From NCBI GenBank assembly GCA_964016885.1, contig OZ024743.1, positions 364,126,001 through 364,190,000 on the forward strand: 64,000 bases of DNA, written 5' to 3'. Below, in pieces: positions 1 through 13,552 of the stretch (positions within the stretch are counted from its first letter, which is position 1; the number at the start of each line of letters is the position of its first letter). Position numbers and translations under genes: made by a program. A model generated the notes under the pieces. That model had not been told where the DNA came from, did no database searches, and saw only the letters and a program-made list of their open reading frames with translations. The stretch comes from Eledone cirrhosa. Lineage: Eukaryota.

Positions 1-619
1 ATATAATATATATAATATATATATATATATATAATATATATAATATATATATATTATATATAATATATAATGTATATATAATAATATATATAATATACAT
101 AATATAAATATATATGTAATATATATATATATATATATGATATATATATATATATATATGATATACATAATATATATATGTAATATATATATATATATAT
201 ATGATATATATAATATATATATATATGATATATATAATATATATATAAGATATACATAATATATATATATGTAATATATATAATATATATATATATGATA
301 TATATAATACATATATATATGATATATATAATAATATATATAATATATATATGATATATATATATATAATATATATATAATATATAATATATATATGATA
401 TATATATGATATATATGATATATATATGATATATATATATAATATATATAATATATATATATATGATATATATATATATATATATATATGATATATATAA
501 TATATATATAAGATATACATAATATATATATATGTAATATATATAATATATATATATATGATATATATAATACATATATATATGATATATATAATACATA
601 TATATGATATATATATATG

Positions 620-653
<34 letters not shown>

Positions 654-830
654 ATATATATATATGATATATATATGATATATATATATATAATATATAT
701 ATATAATATATAATATATATATATATAAAATATATATATATATAATATATATATATAAAATATATATATATAATATATATATATAAAATATATATATATA
801 AAATATATATATATAATATATATATATAAA

Positions 831-864
<34 letters not shown>

Positions 865-1232
865 ATATATATATATAATATATATATATATAATATATAT
901 ATATATAATATATATATATATATAATATATATATATATAATATATATATATATATAATATATATATATAAAATATATATATAATATAATATATATATATA
1001 TAAAATATATATTATATAATATATATATATATATAATATATATATATATAATATATATATATATAATATATATATATATAATATATATAATATATATATA
1101 TATATAATATATATAATATATATATATAAAATATATATATATAAAATATATATATATAAATATATATATATATAATATATATATATATAATATATATAAT
1201 ATATTTATATATGATATATATATATATATAAT

Positions 1233-1269
<37 letters not shown>

Positions 1270-1310
1270 GATATATATATATATATAATATATATATAAT
1301 ATATATATAT
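1..1310. repeat. Degenerate (TA)n microsatellite with TAA/TGA interruptions
   Basis: Seen directly; it explains the spurious IY-rich ORF 54..1322. Confidence 0.97.
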
Positions 1311-1372
1311 GTGCCCCAGCACGGCCTCAGCCGGGTGGCTGAAACAGGTAAAAGAGAGAGGTAAAAGAGTAA
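1311..1372 (+). mobile_element. Very short 3' tail of a CR1-type LINE/SINE (GTGCCCCAGCAYGGCCTCAG...GAAACAGGTAAAAGA)
   Basis: The same motif ends the CR1-like fragment at 12192-12247 and recurs at 8884 and 36040. Confidence 0.75.
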
Positions 1373-1477
1373 TATGAAATATATATATATAATATATATA
1401 TATATGATATATATATATAATATATAATAATGAAATGACAGGAGGCTGAATTTGTGTAAATTCTTGAAAGATTTATT

Positions 1478-1535
1478 ATACTATGATCATTTCAATGGCC
1501 GGGTTCCGTATGAATCCGGTGATATCATCAGGTAT
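1478..1535 (-). ncRNA. Minimal type I hammerhead ribozyme
   Basis: Minus strand reads atac CTGATGA [tatcaccggattc...gaacccggccatt] GAAA TGATCA TA gtat; stem I atac/gtat; palindromic stem III; followed by AATAAA. Confidence 0.8.
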
Positions 1536-2269
1536 TCGAAATATAATACGTGAATGTAATAGATAAAATCCATGGGTCTGAAAATCGAGGACCCGAGGGC
1601 GACCGCTATTCTGCTCCTTCAACCTCAGCCGGTGGCCCTCGAGTGACGTGGCTAAAGTTTACAGTGTGCTACTACCGGTCAGATAAACGAAAACAGGAAG
1701 GGATGGGAACATAAGTTAGCGTCAACTCATGCCACAAGATAAAAGAAAGAAAGAAAGGAAGGAGAGAGAAGAAGGGGGAAGGAAGAATAAGGGAAGCCAG
1801 GGTTAATGTCAGCTATAAGAAGAAAGACAACTACTACCGGTCAGATATAGGCAAACAAAAGGGGGAAGGAAGATAAGTCGAGTATTTTCATTTACCGAAA
1901 GAAAGAAGGAGAAATTTATTTTTCCAAGCAGTCCATGTAAGCCCGTGCGCCAGGGGGCTGGTCGCGCCGACATTAAAACCCACCCAACAGTCCGACAGAA
2001 AGTTGGAACCTTAAAAAATTGCTTAACTTTATAGGATGAAGTTGAAAGAATTCAGAATAACATTATAAAATTAAAAAGTAAGAAGATTGAGAATTGAACA
2101 AACAGAAAATTGAAGATTAAACATTTAAAAAAAACTTCTATGAGGTTTCGGGTTGCGGGGTTTAATTAAAGAGAGTCTTTTATGAAGAAACGTTAATTGT
2201 ATTATGTAGATCTGTAATTTATCCTATTGGGATGTAGAGTACGGGATATAGTCGTGTAATATTTATTTT

Positions 2270-2995
2270 TGTTCTCAGGAGGAGACATTCTAGTGTCGTG
2301 TGCTAATGGGTACAAGTGAGCAAAAGTCCCAATGTGAGGAGTAGAAATACATGGATACATAGAAGTGGAATACGTGGAAGAGCACATTGGTAAAGCAAAG
2401 GTATAAATATATAAACATATCAATATATAGGTATAAACATGTAAATAAACCAACAAGAGTGGTATTGGAGTAAGATGGAGAAATCAAGATATAGGAGAAT
2501 TACAATATAGTTCAGGTTGCAGTATTTATGTTCCTGGGGGGGGGGGGAGACAATCCTGTGTCGTGTGCTAAGGGTACACGCGAGTAAAAGTCCGAGTAAG
2601 GGAAGTAAAAAGTACATGGATGTATAGAGGTAGAGTACGTGGAAAAGCATTAATACAGCAAATAAAGATGTAAAGATATAAATAAACAAACAAGAGTCGT
2701 TGTCTAGTAAATGGAGAGTTCAAGACACAGGAGAAATACAATATAGTTCAGGTTGCAGTATTTATGTTATGTTCCCAGGGGGAGATATTCCAGTGTCGTG
2801 TGCTAAGGGTACACGCGAGTAAAAGTCCGAATAAGGGAAGTAAAAAGTACATGGATGTATAGAGGTAGAATACGTGGAAAAGCATTATTACAGCAAATAA
2901 AGATGTAAAGATATAAATAAACAAACAAGAGTCATTGTCTATTAAATGGAGAGTTCAAGATACAGGAGAAATACAATATAGTTCAAGTTGCAGTC
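2270..2995. repeat. Three diverged tandem copies of a ~240-250 bp unit
   Basis: GTGTCGTGTGCTAA...TACATGGAT...CAATATAGTTCAGGTTGCAGT recurs three times (about 2293, 2558 and 2793). Confidence 0.9.
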
Positions 2996-3376
2996 AGATA
3001 ATGCATATAGATGTGGAAATGGAATCAGTGTGTGTTCGAGTCTGGGAATTCAGTGTGAGTTATACATGCCCAGAAGTATAGGGTAGCGAATTTAGTTTAT
3101 ACAGTGCAGTACAATACTGGTTATGGTCTAATCCGTAGAGTTTCGTCAAAGTCCGAATATTCTGAGAGGGAAGTAGCAATGGGCCAGGCGAAAACACCGA
3201 GTACCCAAAGTTCAAATGGTGGTTAGATATATTCAGTCCCATGTAGAAACTCTACGGATTAGACCATAACAAGTATATATATATATATAATATAATGAAA
3301 AATTGAACAGGAACAAAACAGAGAGGCAGTACAACAAATGTTTATTAATTTCACGCTCTCGAGGGGTGATGGTGGG

Positions 3377-3412
3377 GAACGACGTTTCGGGCATAAGCCC
3401 TTCTTCAGGTGA
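3377..3412 (-). ncRNA. Hammerhead-like motif of the Neptune-like pLTR
   Basis: CTGAAGA AGGGC TTAT GCCC GAAA CGTCG TT; core and stem II are clear but stem I pairs poorly. Confidence 0.6.
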
Positions 3413-4819
3413 AAAGTGTGTGGGAAGAGAGTTCAAAGACTGTGTAGGGGAGTGGTGGAGAGACATATAGCAAAAAGGGGGTGAGAGGAAACGGTGCAAA
3501 TGAAATTAAAAATAAAGGCATGGTCAAAATAAAATTAAAATGGGGTAAAACAGGTGGTGGAAGGGTGTGGGGCGTGTAGGGGTGGTGGCGGGTGGAGTGG
3601 GGAGAGGGAGATGGGGTGTCCGAGCGGGGAGGGCTGAAGGTGGTGTGTGTGTGTAGGTGTACGTGTGTGTGTGTGTGTGTATGTGAAAGCAAGGGTTGGG
3701 GGAAAAACGGGGTTGCATGTTCAGGAAGAGGTGTGTGTGGGGTGGGGTGTAGGTCGGAGTGTGTGTGCGTGTGTGGATAGAGGGGTGGGAGGAAAGGAAT
3801 CCGGAGGCTGAATGTGTAAATATGCTGTGGTACGCACGTGTGTGTGTGGTGTTTAAGCGTCTTGTGGGTGAAGGTGGCGTGTGGGAAAAAATTATTTTTG
3901 GGTGTGTGTGTGGGTGAGTGATAAAGGTGATTCCGTAAGAAGATGTGGTGGGATGCTTGGTAAAATCCTTGGATGTGGTTGATTCCGGGATCAAGGTTCA
4001 CATACGTGTAATCCGTGAAGAGATTGGTCGAAAGAGGGGAGATGTGGGGTACGCGCGCAACAGGAAGTGGTCAAGGCAGAAGGAGTGTGGTGTGTCTGTG
4101 GTTAGAGGGCATAGCAGCAGTAGGGTAGAATGGTAAGGGGGAGAGGATGGGAATGTGTGAAAGTTGGAGTGAGGAGGGGTGTGTGTGTATTAGTAGAGGT
4201 GTTAGTGGGATGAGTGAGTGTTTGAGAAAGAGTGGGGGGTGGAGCGGGGAGAGAAGGGTGTGGGGGTCGATGGTGGGAGTGTGGTGTACTGGTGTGTGTG
4301 TTTCGTGAAGGGGGTGTTAGTGAGTGTTAGTATACATGAGGTGGAGAAAGGGTTGAATGCGGGTGTGAGTGGGGGTTAGTGGTGGTAGGGTGTGTAGAGT
4401 GGGTGGTGTAAGAGGATTGTGTGTGTACGTGTGCGTAGGGTTGGGGGGTGTTAGTGATGTTAGTTGCGTGTAGGGTGGGTGGTGTAAGTGGGTGTGTGTG
4501 TTCGTGTGCTTGGGGTCAGGGGGTGTTATTGATGTTAGTTGCGGGGTGGTGGGGTGGATGTGTGGGGGTGAGGGTTAGTGGTGGTAGTAGGGTGTGTGTT
4601 TAGTGTGAGCGCGTGTATATATGTGCCGGTGGGTGTGTGCGTGTGATAAGGAGGGGGGATGAGAAGAAGGGAGGGATGTTAGTATGTTAGTTGGGGAAGG
4701 GTGGTCGGATGTGGGGTGGAGTGGAGGTGTTAGTATTGTTAGTTGTGTGGTGGGCAGTGAAAAGGAAGGGTGTGTTAGTGGTGTTAGTGGGGGATATGTG
4801 TGGGTGGAGGGGGCGGTCG

Positions 4820-7045
4820 AAGGATAAAGGAATAAGGGTGGGAAGTTCAGGCCGGGGGGAGTGTGGGTCTGTAAGATGAAGATGGTTCGTTGTTCAACTC
4901 TTAGGAGATTGGGCGGGTGTTCCGTGGCATTGGAGTAGGCCACAGACTGTGAGATGGCGTGCGGAATGTCCAGGGGCACCAAAGTGGCGGGCGATGGGGG
5001 AACTACCACCGAGACGAATATCCCGGAGGTGCTCAGTAAATCTGTCCGCCAGGCGACGTCCAGTCTGTCCGACGTAAGTCGCGCTGCACTCCGTGCAGCG
5101 AAGTCCGTAGACTAGGTTGGAGGAGGTGCAGCGGAAGGCATGCCGGACAGAGAGAGAGTGGCCGTTGGGACCCTGGAAGGTGGTGGTGTTGGTGATGTGG
5201 GGACAGGTGTTGCAGCGGGGCCTAGAACAGGGAAAGGAACCGGGGGGGAAGAGAGCGTGGGTTGGGGGGTAGGGAGCTGTGGACGAGGAGGGTGCGGAGA
5301 TTGTGTGCGCGTTTGAAGGAGGGGAGTGGTGGGGCTGGGAAGATGTGGGAGGTGGAGGGTTCGGACTGGAGGCGGAGGAAGAGGCGGAGGATGGTACAGT
5401 GGAGGGGTATGGTGGAGGGGTGGTAGGTGATGGGGAAGGGGAGACGGTGGGTGGGTGTGCGGTGGCGTGGGGTGAGGGTGGTGGAGCGGTGGACAGCACG
5501 GGCGCGGGTGAGAGCGGTGTGGACGAGAGAGGGTGGGTAACCTCTGCGGATGAAATGGCTGACTGGGGAAAGGGCCTGGGACTCAAAGTCGGCATCTCGG
5601 CTACAGAGGCGGCGGATCCTGAGGAGTTGGGAGTAGGGAATAGAACGTTTAGTGTGTGTAAGGTGGGAAGAGGTGAAGTCGAGGTAAGAGTGGGAGTCGG
5701 TGGGTTTGAAGAAGGCGGAGGTGGCGAGGGAGTGGTGGCAGGGATCGAAGGCGACGGAGATGTCTAAGAAGTGGACGTGGGTGGTGGAGATAGAGGTGGT
5801 GAAGTGGAGGGAGGGGTGGAAGGAGCAGAAGAAGGAGAGAAAGGAGTCGAGCTGTTCTCGGGTGAGGGTCGTGGCTCCGATACAGTCGTCGATGTAACGA
5901 CCGTACAGAGTTCGGGCGTGGGGCCGGTGTACTGGGCAAAGATTTGGGCCTCAACATGGCCAACAAAAAGGTTGGCATAGTTTGGGCCCATTCTTGTACC
6001 CATGGCTACCCCCGTGACCTGTTGGTAAAACTCACCCGAGAAGGAGAAACAATTGAGGGTGAGGACCAGCTCGGCGAGGCGAAGGAGGGTGGGTGGAGGG
6101 AATGGGGGGAGGGGCGAAGGTCGAGGTAGTGTTTGAGGGCGCGTAGGCCGTCGGCGTGGGGGATGACGGTATAGAGGGACTTGATGTCTAGGGTGAAGAG
6201 GAAAGGCTGTGGGGCCGGGTGGGTAGGTGAAGGAGTCGAAAAGGCGCAGGGCGTGGTTGGTGTCGGAGATGTGAGAGGAGAGGGTGGTGACAAGGGGGCG
6301 AGGATGGAGTCGAAAAGGGCGGAGATGAGTTCGGTGGGGCAGTTGCAAGCGGAGACGATGGGGCGGTCGGGGTTGTCGGGTTTGTGGAGTTTGGGGAGGA
6401 AGTAGATGGTGGGGGTGCGAGGGTGCGGACGATGAGGTGGCAAGCAGTGGGGGAGGAGGGGGGAGAAGGTGTTGGATCGTGGAGGGAAACTTGTTGTTGG
6501 TCGAGGGGTGTGGGATCGGAGGGTAGAGGGCGGTAGAAGAGGGAGTTACGAAGCTGCCCTGAGGGCTTCGGCCGTGTAGAAGTCCGCGCGCCACACCACC
6601 ACGGCGCCTCCCTTGTCCGCCGGTTTGATGACGATGTCATCTCTGCTACGGAGGGAGCGGAGAGCGAGGAGTTCGCCCGTGAGATATTATTCCGTTTGGA
6701 ACGGTGGCGGAAGTCGAAAAGATTTACGGCACTACGGCTGGCATCGACGAACGCGTCCAGGGAGCTAAATTGCCCGGGGGCCGGCGTCCAAGAAGATGGT
6801 CGTTGGCCCAGGGCGAGAAGCGGGTCCTGGGGCGTCCGGAGCCGGTGGCGTTCGGCCGAAATGTGCCTGTAGCTTCGTGCGTCGCACGAATCGCTCGACT
6901 TTCGTTCGGGTGCGGAACTCGTCGCTGTGCGGAGTGTGGGGTATGAAGCGAAGGCCTCTACCAAGAAGTGAGCGCTCAAGTGAGGAGAGGGGGGAGGTCA
7001 GGGAAATGGTGACAACAAGTGGTGGGGTTTGGGTGTGTGTGGATA
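4820..7045 (-). pseudogene. Frameshifted PLE reverse transcriptase plus GIY-YIG endonuclease
   Basis: Motifs split over several frames: IYFLPKLHKPDNPDRPIVS, FTLDIKSLYTVIPH, YQQVTGVAMGTRMGPNYANLF, YIDD (~5884-5895), linker PCSRPRCNTC, NLVYGLRCTECSATYVGQTGRRLADRFTEH, EQRTIFILQTHTPPGLN. Confidence 0.93.
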
Positions 7046-8705
<1,660 letters not shown>

Positions 8706-8708
<3 letters not shown>

Positions 8709-8877
8709 ACACACCCAAACCCCACCACTTGTTGTCACCATACCCCCCTGACCTCCCCCTCTCCTCACCTGAGCGCTCACTCCTTGGTAGAGGCCTTCGC
8801 TTCATACCCCACACTCCGCACAGCCACGAGTTCCGCACCCGAACGGAAGTCGAGCGATTCGTGCGACGCACGAAGCA
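8706..8877 (+). mobile_element. Inverted copy of the PLE segment 6872-7042
   Basis: Reverse complement with only a few differences (ORF 8542..8871 repeats the peptide of ORF 6796..7146). Confidence 0.9.
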
Positions 8878-8883
8878 ACAGGT

Positions 8884-8920
8884 ATGGCCTCGGCCGGATG
8901 GCTGAAACAGGTAAAAGAAT
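8884..8920 (+). mobile_element. CR1-type 3' tail fragment
   Basis: ATGGCCTCGGCCGGATGGCTGAAACAGGTAAAAGAAT. Confidence 0.7.
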
Positions 8921-9072
8921 ATAATATATATATATATATAATATATATATGTATATATATAATATAGATATATATATATAATATATATATGTATATATAT
9001 AATATATATATGTATATATATAATATATATATGTATATATATAATATATATATGTATATATATAATATATAT

Positions 9073-9104
<32 letters not shown>

Positions 9105-9115
9105 ATATATATATG

Positions 9116-9272
<157 letters not shown>

Positions 9273-9308
9273 ATGTATATATATATATATATATATAATA
9301 TATATATG

Positions 9309-9339
<31 letters not shown>

Positions 9340-9426
9340 ATGTATATATATATATATATATATAATATATATATGTATATATATAATATATGTATATATA
9401 TAATATATATATATATATATAATATA

Positions 9427-9626
9427 NNNNNNNNNNNNNNNNNNNNNNNNNNNNNNNNNNNNNNNNNNNNNNNNNNNNNNNNNNNNNNNNNNNNNNNNNN
9501 NNNNNNNNNNNNNNNNNNNNNNNNNNNNNNNNNNNNNNNNNNNNNNNNNNNNNNNNNNNNNNNNNNNNNNNNNNNNNNNNNNNNNNNNNNNNNNNNNNNN
9601 NNNNNNNNNNNNNNNNNNNNNNNNNN
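9427..9626. other. Assembly gap (200 N)
   Basis: Run of N. Confidence 0.99.
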
Positions 9627-10472
9627 TGTATTTCAGTATTTTTTTTGAAGTTTTATCTCAGATTTTGATTGTAAACCTAAGAATTTTTAAACTAAACATA
9701 TAGTCATTATTTTTTCACACATTATTGATATGTGTCTCATTCATGAATATTGATATTTACATTATAATTCATAGGAATTGATAGACTGATGAAACATAAT
9801 ATTTTTAAACTATCATTTTTATTTCTAAGTATATCTCCTCCTCTCCTCCCTCTACATTTAACGGGACGAATGTATCGGCTATTTTAACTCTATCTCCTGT
9901 ATCTCACCCCTCCCCTATCTTTCCCACCTCGTATAATAGATATTACTCGATCTACCTCTCCTTATTTATTTTTGTTTTTGTTTTATTTCTCCCCGTATCC
10001 TTAACACTAAATAAATAAATAAATAATTACAGTACCCCCTTCCCTCATAAATCTCTCTTTACATACATTTCTTCATCTTCTTCACCTTCCGCTCTTTCTT
10101 TTTCGTTTTTTCCTTCTTTTTCTTTTTTCTTTTTCTTTTTTCTTTTTTCTCCGTCTTTCTTTCTAACTGTCATTAACATTCTCACTACCATAACAACTTT
10201 TTAAATGGAAGTTGTAAATTTTCCAAGGTATGTCAAATTTATTTATAAAACTGTTTATTTATAAAACTGTTTATATATTGTATTTTGTCTGAAGAGGGCA
10301 TACCATATTTTTAATATGATATCCCTGAAATATATATAATGAAATAAATATGGTTTTATAAATGTAGTTTCCATTTGTTTAATATCGTAAAATACTCCAA
10401 AATCTGTTGAGTGCTTTTATATCAGTTATAAAATATTTACTCGTTGTAACCCAACAATTTTAAATAAATTTT
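9627..10472 (+). mobile_element. Non-coding PLE 3' region/pLTR
   Basis: Contains an HHR at 10281; homologous to 20500-20850 (-) and 57815-57990 (+). Confidence 0.65.
10281..10346 (+). ncRNA. Minimal type I hammerhead ribozyme
   Basis: tattttgt CTGAAGA ggg...ccct GAAA TATATA TA atgaaata; 8-bp stem I with 2 GU pairs. Confidence 0.8.
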
Positions 10473-10509
10473 TGTATATATATATAATATATATATATAT
10501 AATATATAT

Positions 10510-10575
<66 letters not shown>

Positions 10576-10596
10576 TATATATAATATATATATAAA

Positions 10597-10632
<36 letters not shown>

Positions 10633-10829
10633 AAATATATAAAATATATATATATATATATAATATATATATATAATATTAAAAAAATATATATATATAT
10701 ATATTAAATATATATATATATATAATATATATATATATATAAATTATATATATATATATAATATATAAAATATATATATATATATAATATATATAATATA
10801 TAAAATATATATATATAATATATATTTAT

Positions 10830-11058
10830 AGGAATCGAATAGGAATCGATCGACTTTCGTCAAATCGGACCGAGGAAACAATGTTTCCATTGGTCTTTCC
10901 AATTACTAATACTGTCTATCGGTCGCAACTCCAGGTAGACCGAGCAACGTGAAATAAAGTGTCTTGCTCAAGGACATAACGCATCACCTGGTTCGGGAAT
11001 CGAGCTCACAATCGTGAGATTGTGAATCCAATTCTCTAACCAGTCAGCCACGCGCCTC
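10830..11058 (-). mobile_element. tRNA-derived SINE with CORE-like domain (family A)
   Basis: A/B-box-like head (GGCGCGTGGCTGACTGGTTAG...GAGCTCGATTCC) then TGTCCTTGAGCAAGACACTTTA; copies at 38759 and 55447. Confidence 0.85.
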
Positions 11059-11190
11059 TAAAATATATATATATATATATATAATATATATATATAATAT
11101 ATAAAATATATATATATAAAATATATATATATATAAATATATATATATAAAATATATATATATATATAATATATATATATAATATATTAA

Positions 11191-11224
<34 letters not shown>

Positions 11225-11324
11225 TATATATATATAATATATATATAATATATTAAATATATATATATAAAATATATATATAATATATAAAATATATATA
11301 TATATAATATATATATAATATATA

Positions 11325-11356
<32 letters not shown>

Positions 11357-11420
11357 ATATATATATATATATAATATATAATATATATATATATATATAT
11401 AATATATATATATATAATAT

Positions 11421-11494
<74 letters not shown>

Positions 11495-12023
11495 ATATAT
11501 ATATATATATATATAATATATATATATATATATAATATATATATATAAATAATATATATATATAAATAATATATATATATATATAATATATATATATAAT
11601 ATATAAAATATATATATATAATATATAAAATATATATATATAATATATAAAATATATATATATAATATATAAAATATATATATATAATATATAAAATATA
11701 TATATATAATATATAAAATATATATATATAATATATAAAATATATATATATATATATAAAATATATATATATATAATATATATAATATATATATATATAT
11801 ATAAAATATATATATATATATAATATATATATAATATATATATATATAATATATATATATATAATATATATATATATATAATATATATATATATAATATA
11901 TATATATATATAATATATATATATATAATATATATATATATAATATATATATATATAATATATATAATATATATATATATATAATATATATATATATATA
12001 TAATATATATATATATATAAAAT

Positions 12024-12247
12024 AGTGGAGGTGGATGTCTTCAAGAAACATCTCGACACCTTGTTATCCAGGATCCCGGATGAGCCCACAGCAAGGCACG
12101 AGGGAAAACTAAGGGCAGCAGCAACAAACTCCCTCTTACACCAGTGGTCAACCTATACAGGCTGGAGATAAAATGTGTAGCAACAAGGGCGGTGCCCCAG
12201 CATGGCCTCAGGCGGAGGGCTAAAACGGGTAAAAGAGTAAAAGAGTA
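12024..12247 (+). mobile_element. 3' end of a CR1-type LINE
   Basis: Translates VDVFKKHLDTLLSRIPDEPT...RAAATNSLLHQ (typical RT C-terminus), then a short 3' UTR and (GTAAAAGA)n tail. Confidence 0.8.
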
Positions 12248-12258
12248 TATATATATAT

Positions 12259-12311
<53 letters not shown>

Positions 12312-12634
12312 TATATATATATAAAATATATATATATATATAAAATATATATATATATATATAAAATATATATATATATATATATAAAATATATATATAT
12401 ATATAAAATATATATATATATATATAAAATATATATATATATATATAAAATATATATATATATATATAAAATATATATATATATATATAAAATATATATA
12501 TATATATATAAAATATATATATATATATATAAAATATATATATATATATATAAAATATATATATAAAATATATATATATATATATATAATGTATATATAT
12601 ATATATAATATATATATAATGTATATATATATAT

Positions 12635-12684
<50 letters not shown>

Positions 12685-13009
12685 TATATATATAATACAT
12701 ATATATAATATATATATATATATATAATATATATATATATATATAATATATATATATAATATATAATATATATATATATAATATATATATAATATATATA
12801 TATATAAGTATGTACACGTACATACATATATGTATACAGACGTACAGTAGTATGTATATATATATTCATACATGCACACATATATATATGTACGTATGGA
12901 TTCACCGAACATTTATTATAATGCTCGGTGTGTTTGAAAACAAACATCCCGTATTAAGCCGTAGTGTCCAGCAACCATCGTTGCTCGTTTGTTCAACACT
13001 GACAAAGGA

Positions 13010-13052
13010 ACGCTGTACTAGTTTCAAGCTTATTAGCTATCGTCAGCAACGT
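13010..13052 (-). ncRNA. Minimal hammerhead ribozyme (copy 1)
   Basis: acgttg CTGACGA tagctaataagctt GAAA CTAG TA cagcgt. Confidence 0.85.
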
Positions 13053-13433
13053 ATACCTTCCTGCCAGATTGTTGAACATATATACTTACCTTATGCATAT
13101 TAACGGCTGAGTAGCCCAATTTGCACATCGAGTGGGTTAATCGGCCGGGTGCACCGAAAACGATAAACGGAAAAAATGAAACGAAATTTCATTTCCCACT
13201 CTTAGTACGGCTGTTACTTAAATATAAGTATGTACACGTACATACATATATGTATACAGACGTACAGTAGTATGTATATATATATACATACATGCACACA
13301 CATATATATATATGTACGTATGGATTCACCGAACATTTATTATAATGCTCGGTGTGTTTGTAAACAAACATCCAGTATTAAGCCGTAGTGTCCAGCAACC
13401 ATCGTTGCTCGTTTGTTCAACACTGACAAAAGA

Positions 13434-13476
13434 ACGCTGTACTAGTTTCAAGCTTATTAGCTATCGTCAGCAACGT
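13434..13476 (-). ncRNA. Minimal hammerhead ribozyme (copy 2)
   Basis: Identical to 13010-13052. Confidence 0.85.
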
Positions 13477-13552
13477 GTAACTTCCTGTCAGATTGTTGAA
13501 CGTATATACTTACCTTATGCATATTAACGGCTGAGTAGCCCAATTTGCATAT

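Larger units (their letters stand above)
1425..3275 (-). mobile_element. Non-coding 3' portion/pLTR of a Penelope-like element
   Basis: Ends in an HHR plus AATAAA; its terminus is homologous to 30045-30160; TA tracts flank it; no credible ORF. Confidence 0.6.
3290..7045 (-). mobile_element. GC-rich Penelope-like element (Neptune-like), 5' end interrupted by a TA tract
   Basis: RT plus GIY-YIG coding relic, ~1.4 kb CA-rich 3' region and a terminal HHR motif. Confidence 0.9.
12806..13552 (-). mobile_element. Partial tandem duplication (~424 bp period) of a PLE pLTR
   Basis: Near-identical direct repeats 12806-13130 and 13225-13552, each with an HHR; same family at 48648-49075 and 39060-39150. 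Confidence 0.85.

Noticed and set aside
5279-6405. Plus-strand Gly/Glu-rich ORFs, and 17882..18823 opposite the RTE
   Set aside because: They are antisense shadows of retroelement RT frames.
9786-9800. Isolated CTGATGA (also at 30692 and 41626)
   Set aside because: No correctly placed GAAA...UH with pairing flanks.
10940-11058. tRNA genes at the SINE heads (also 37390, 38900, 55600, 58891 and 61990)
   Set aside because: A/B boxes are present but no full cloverleaf, and each head is followed by a SINE body.
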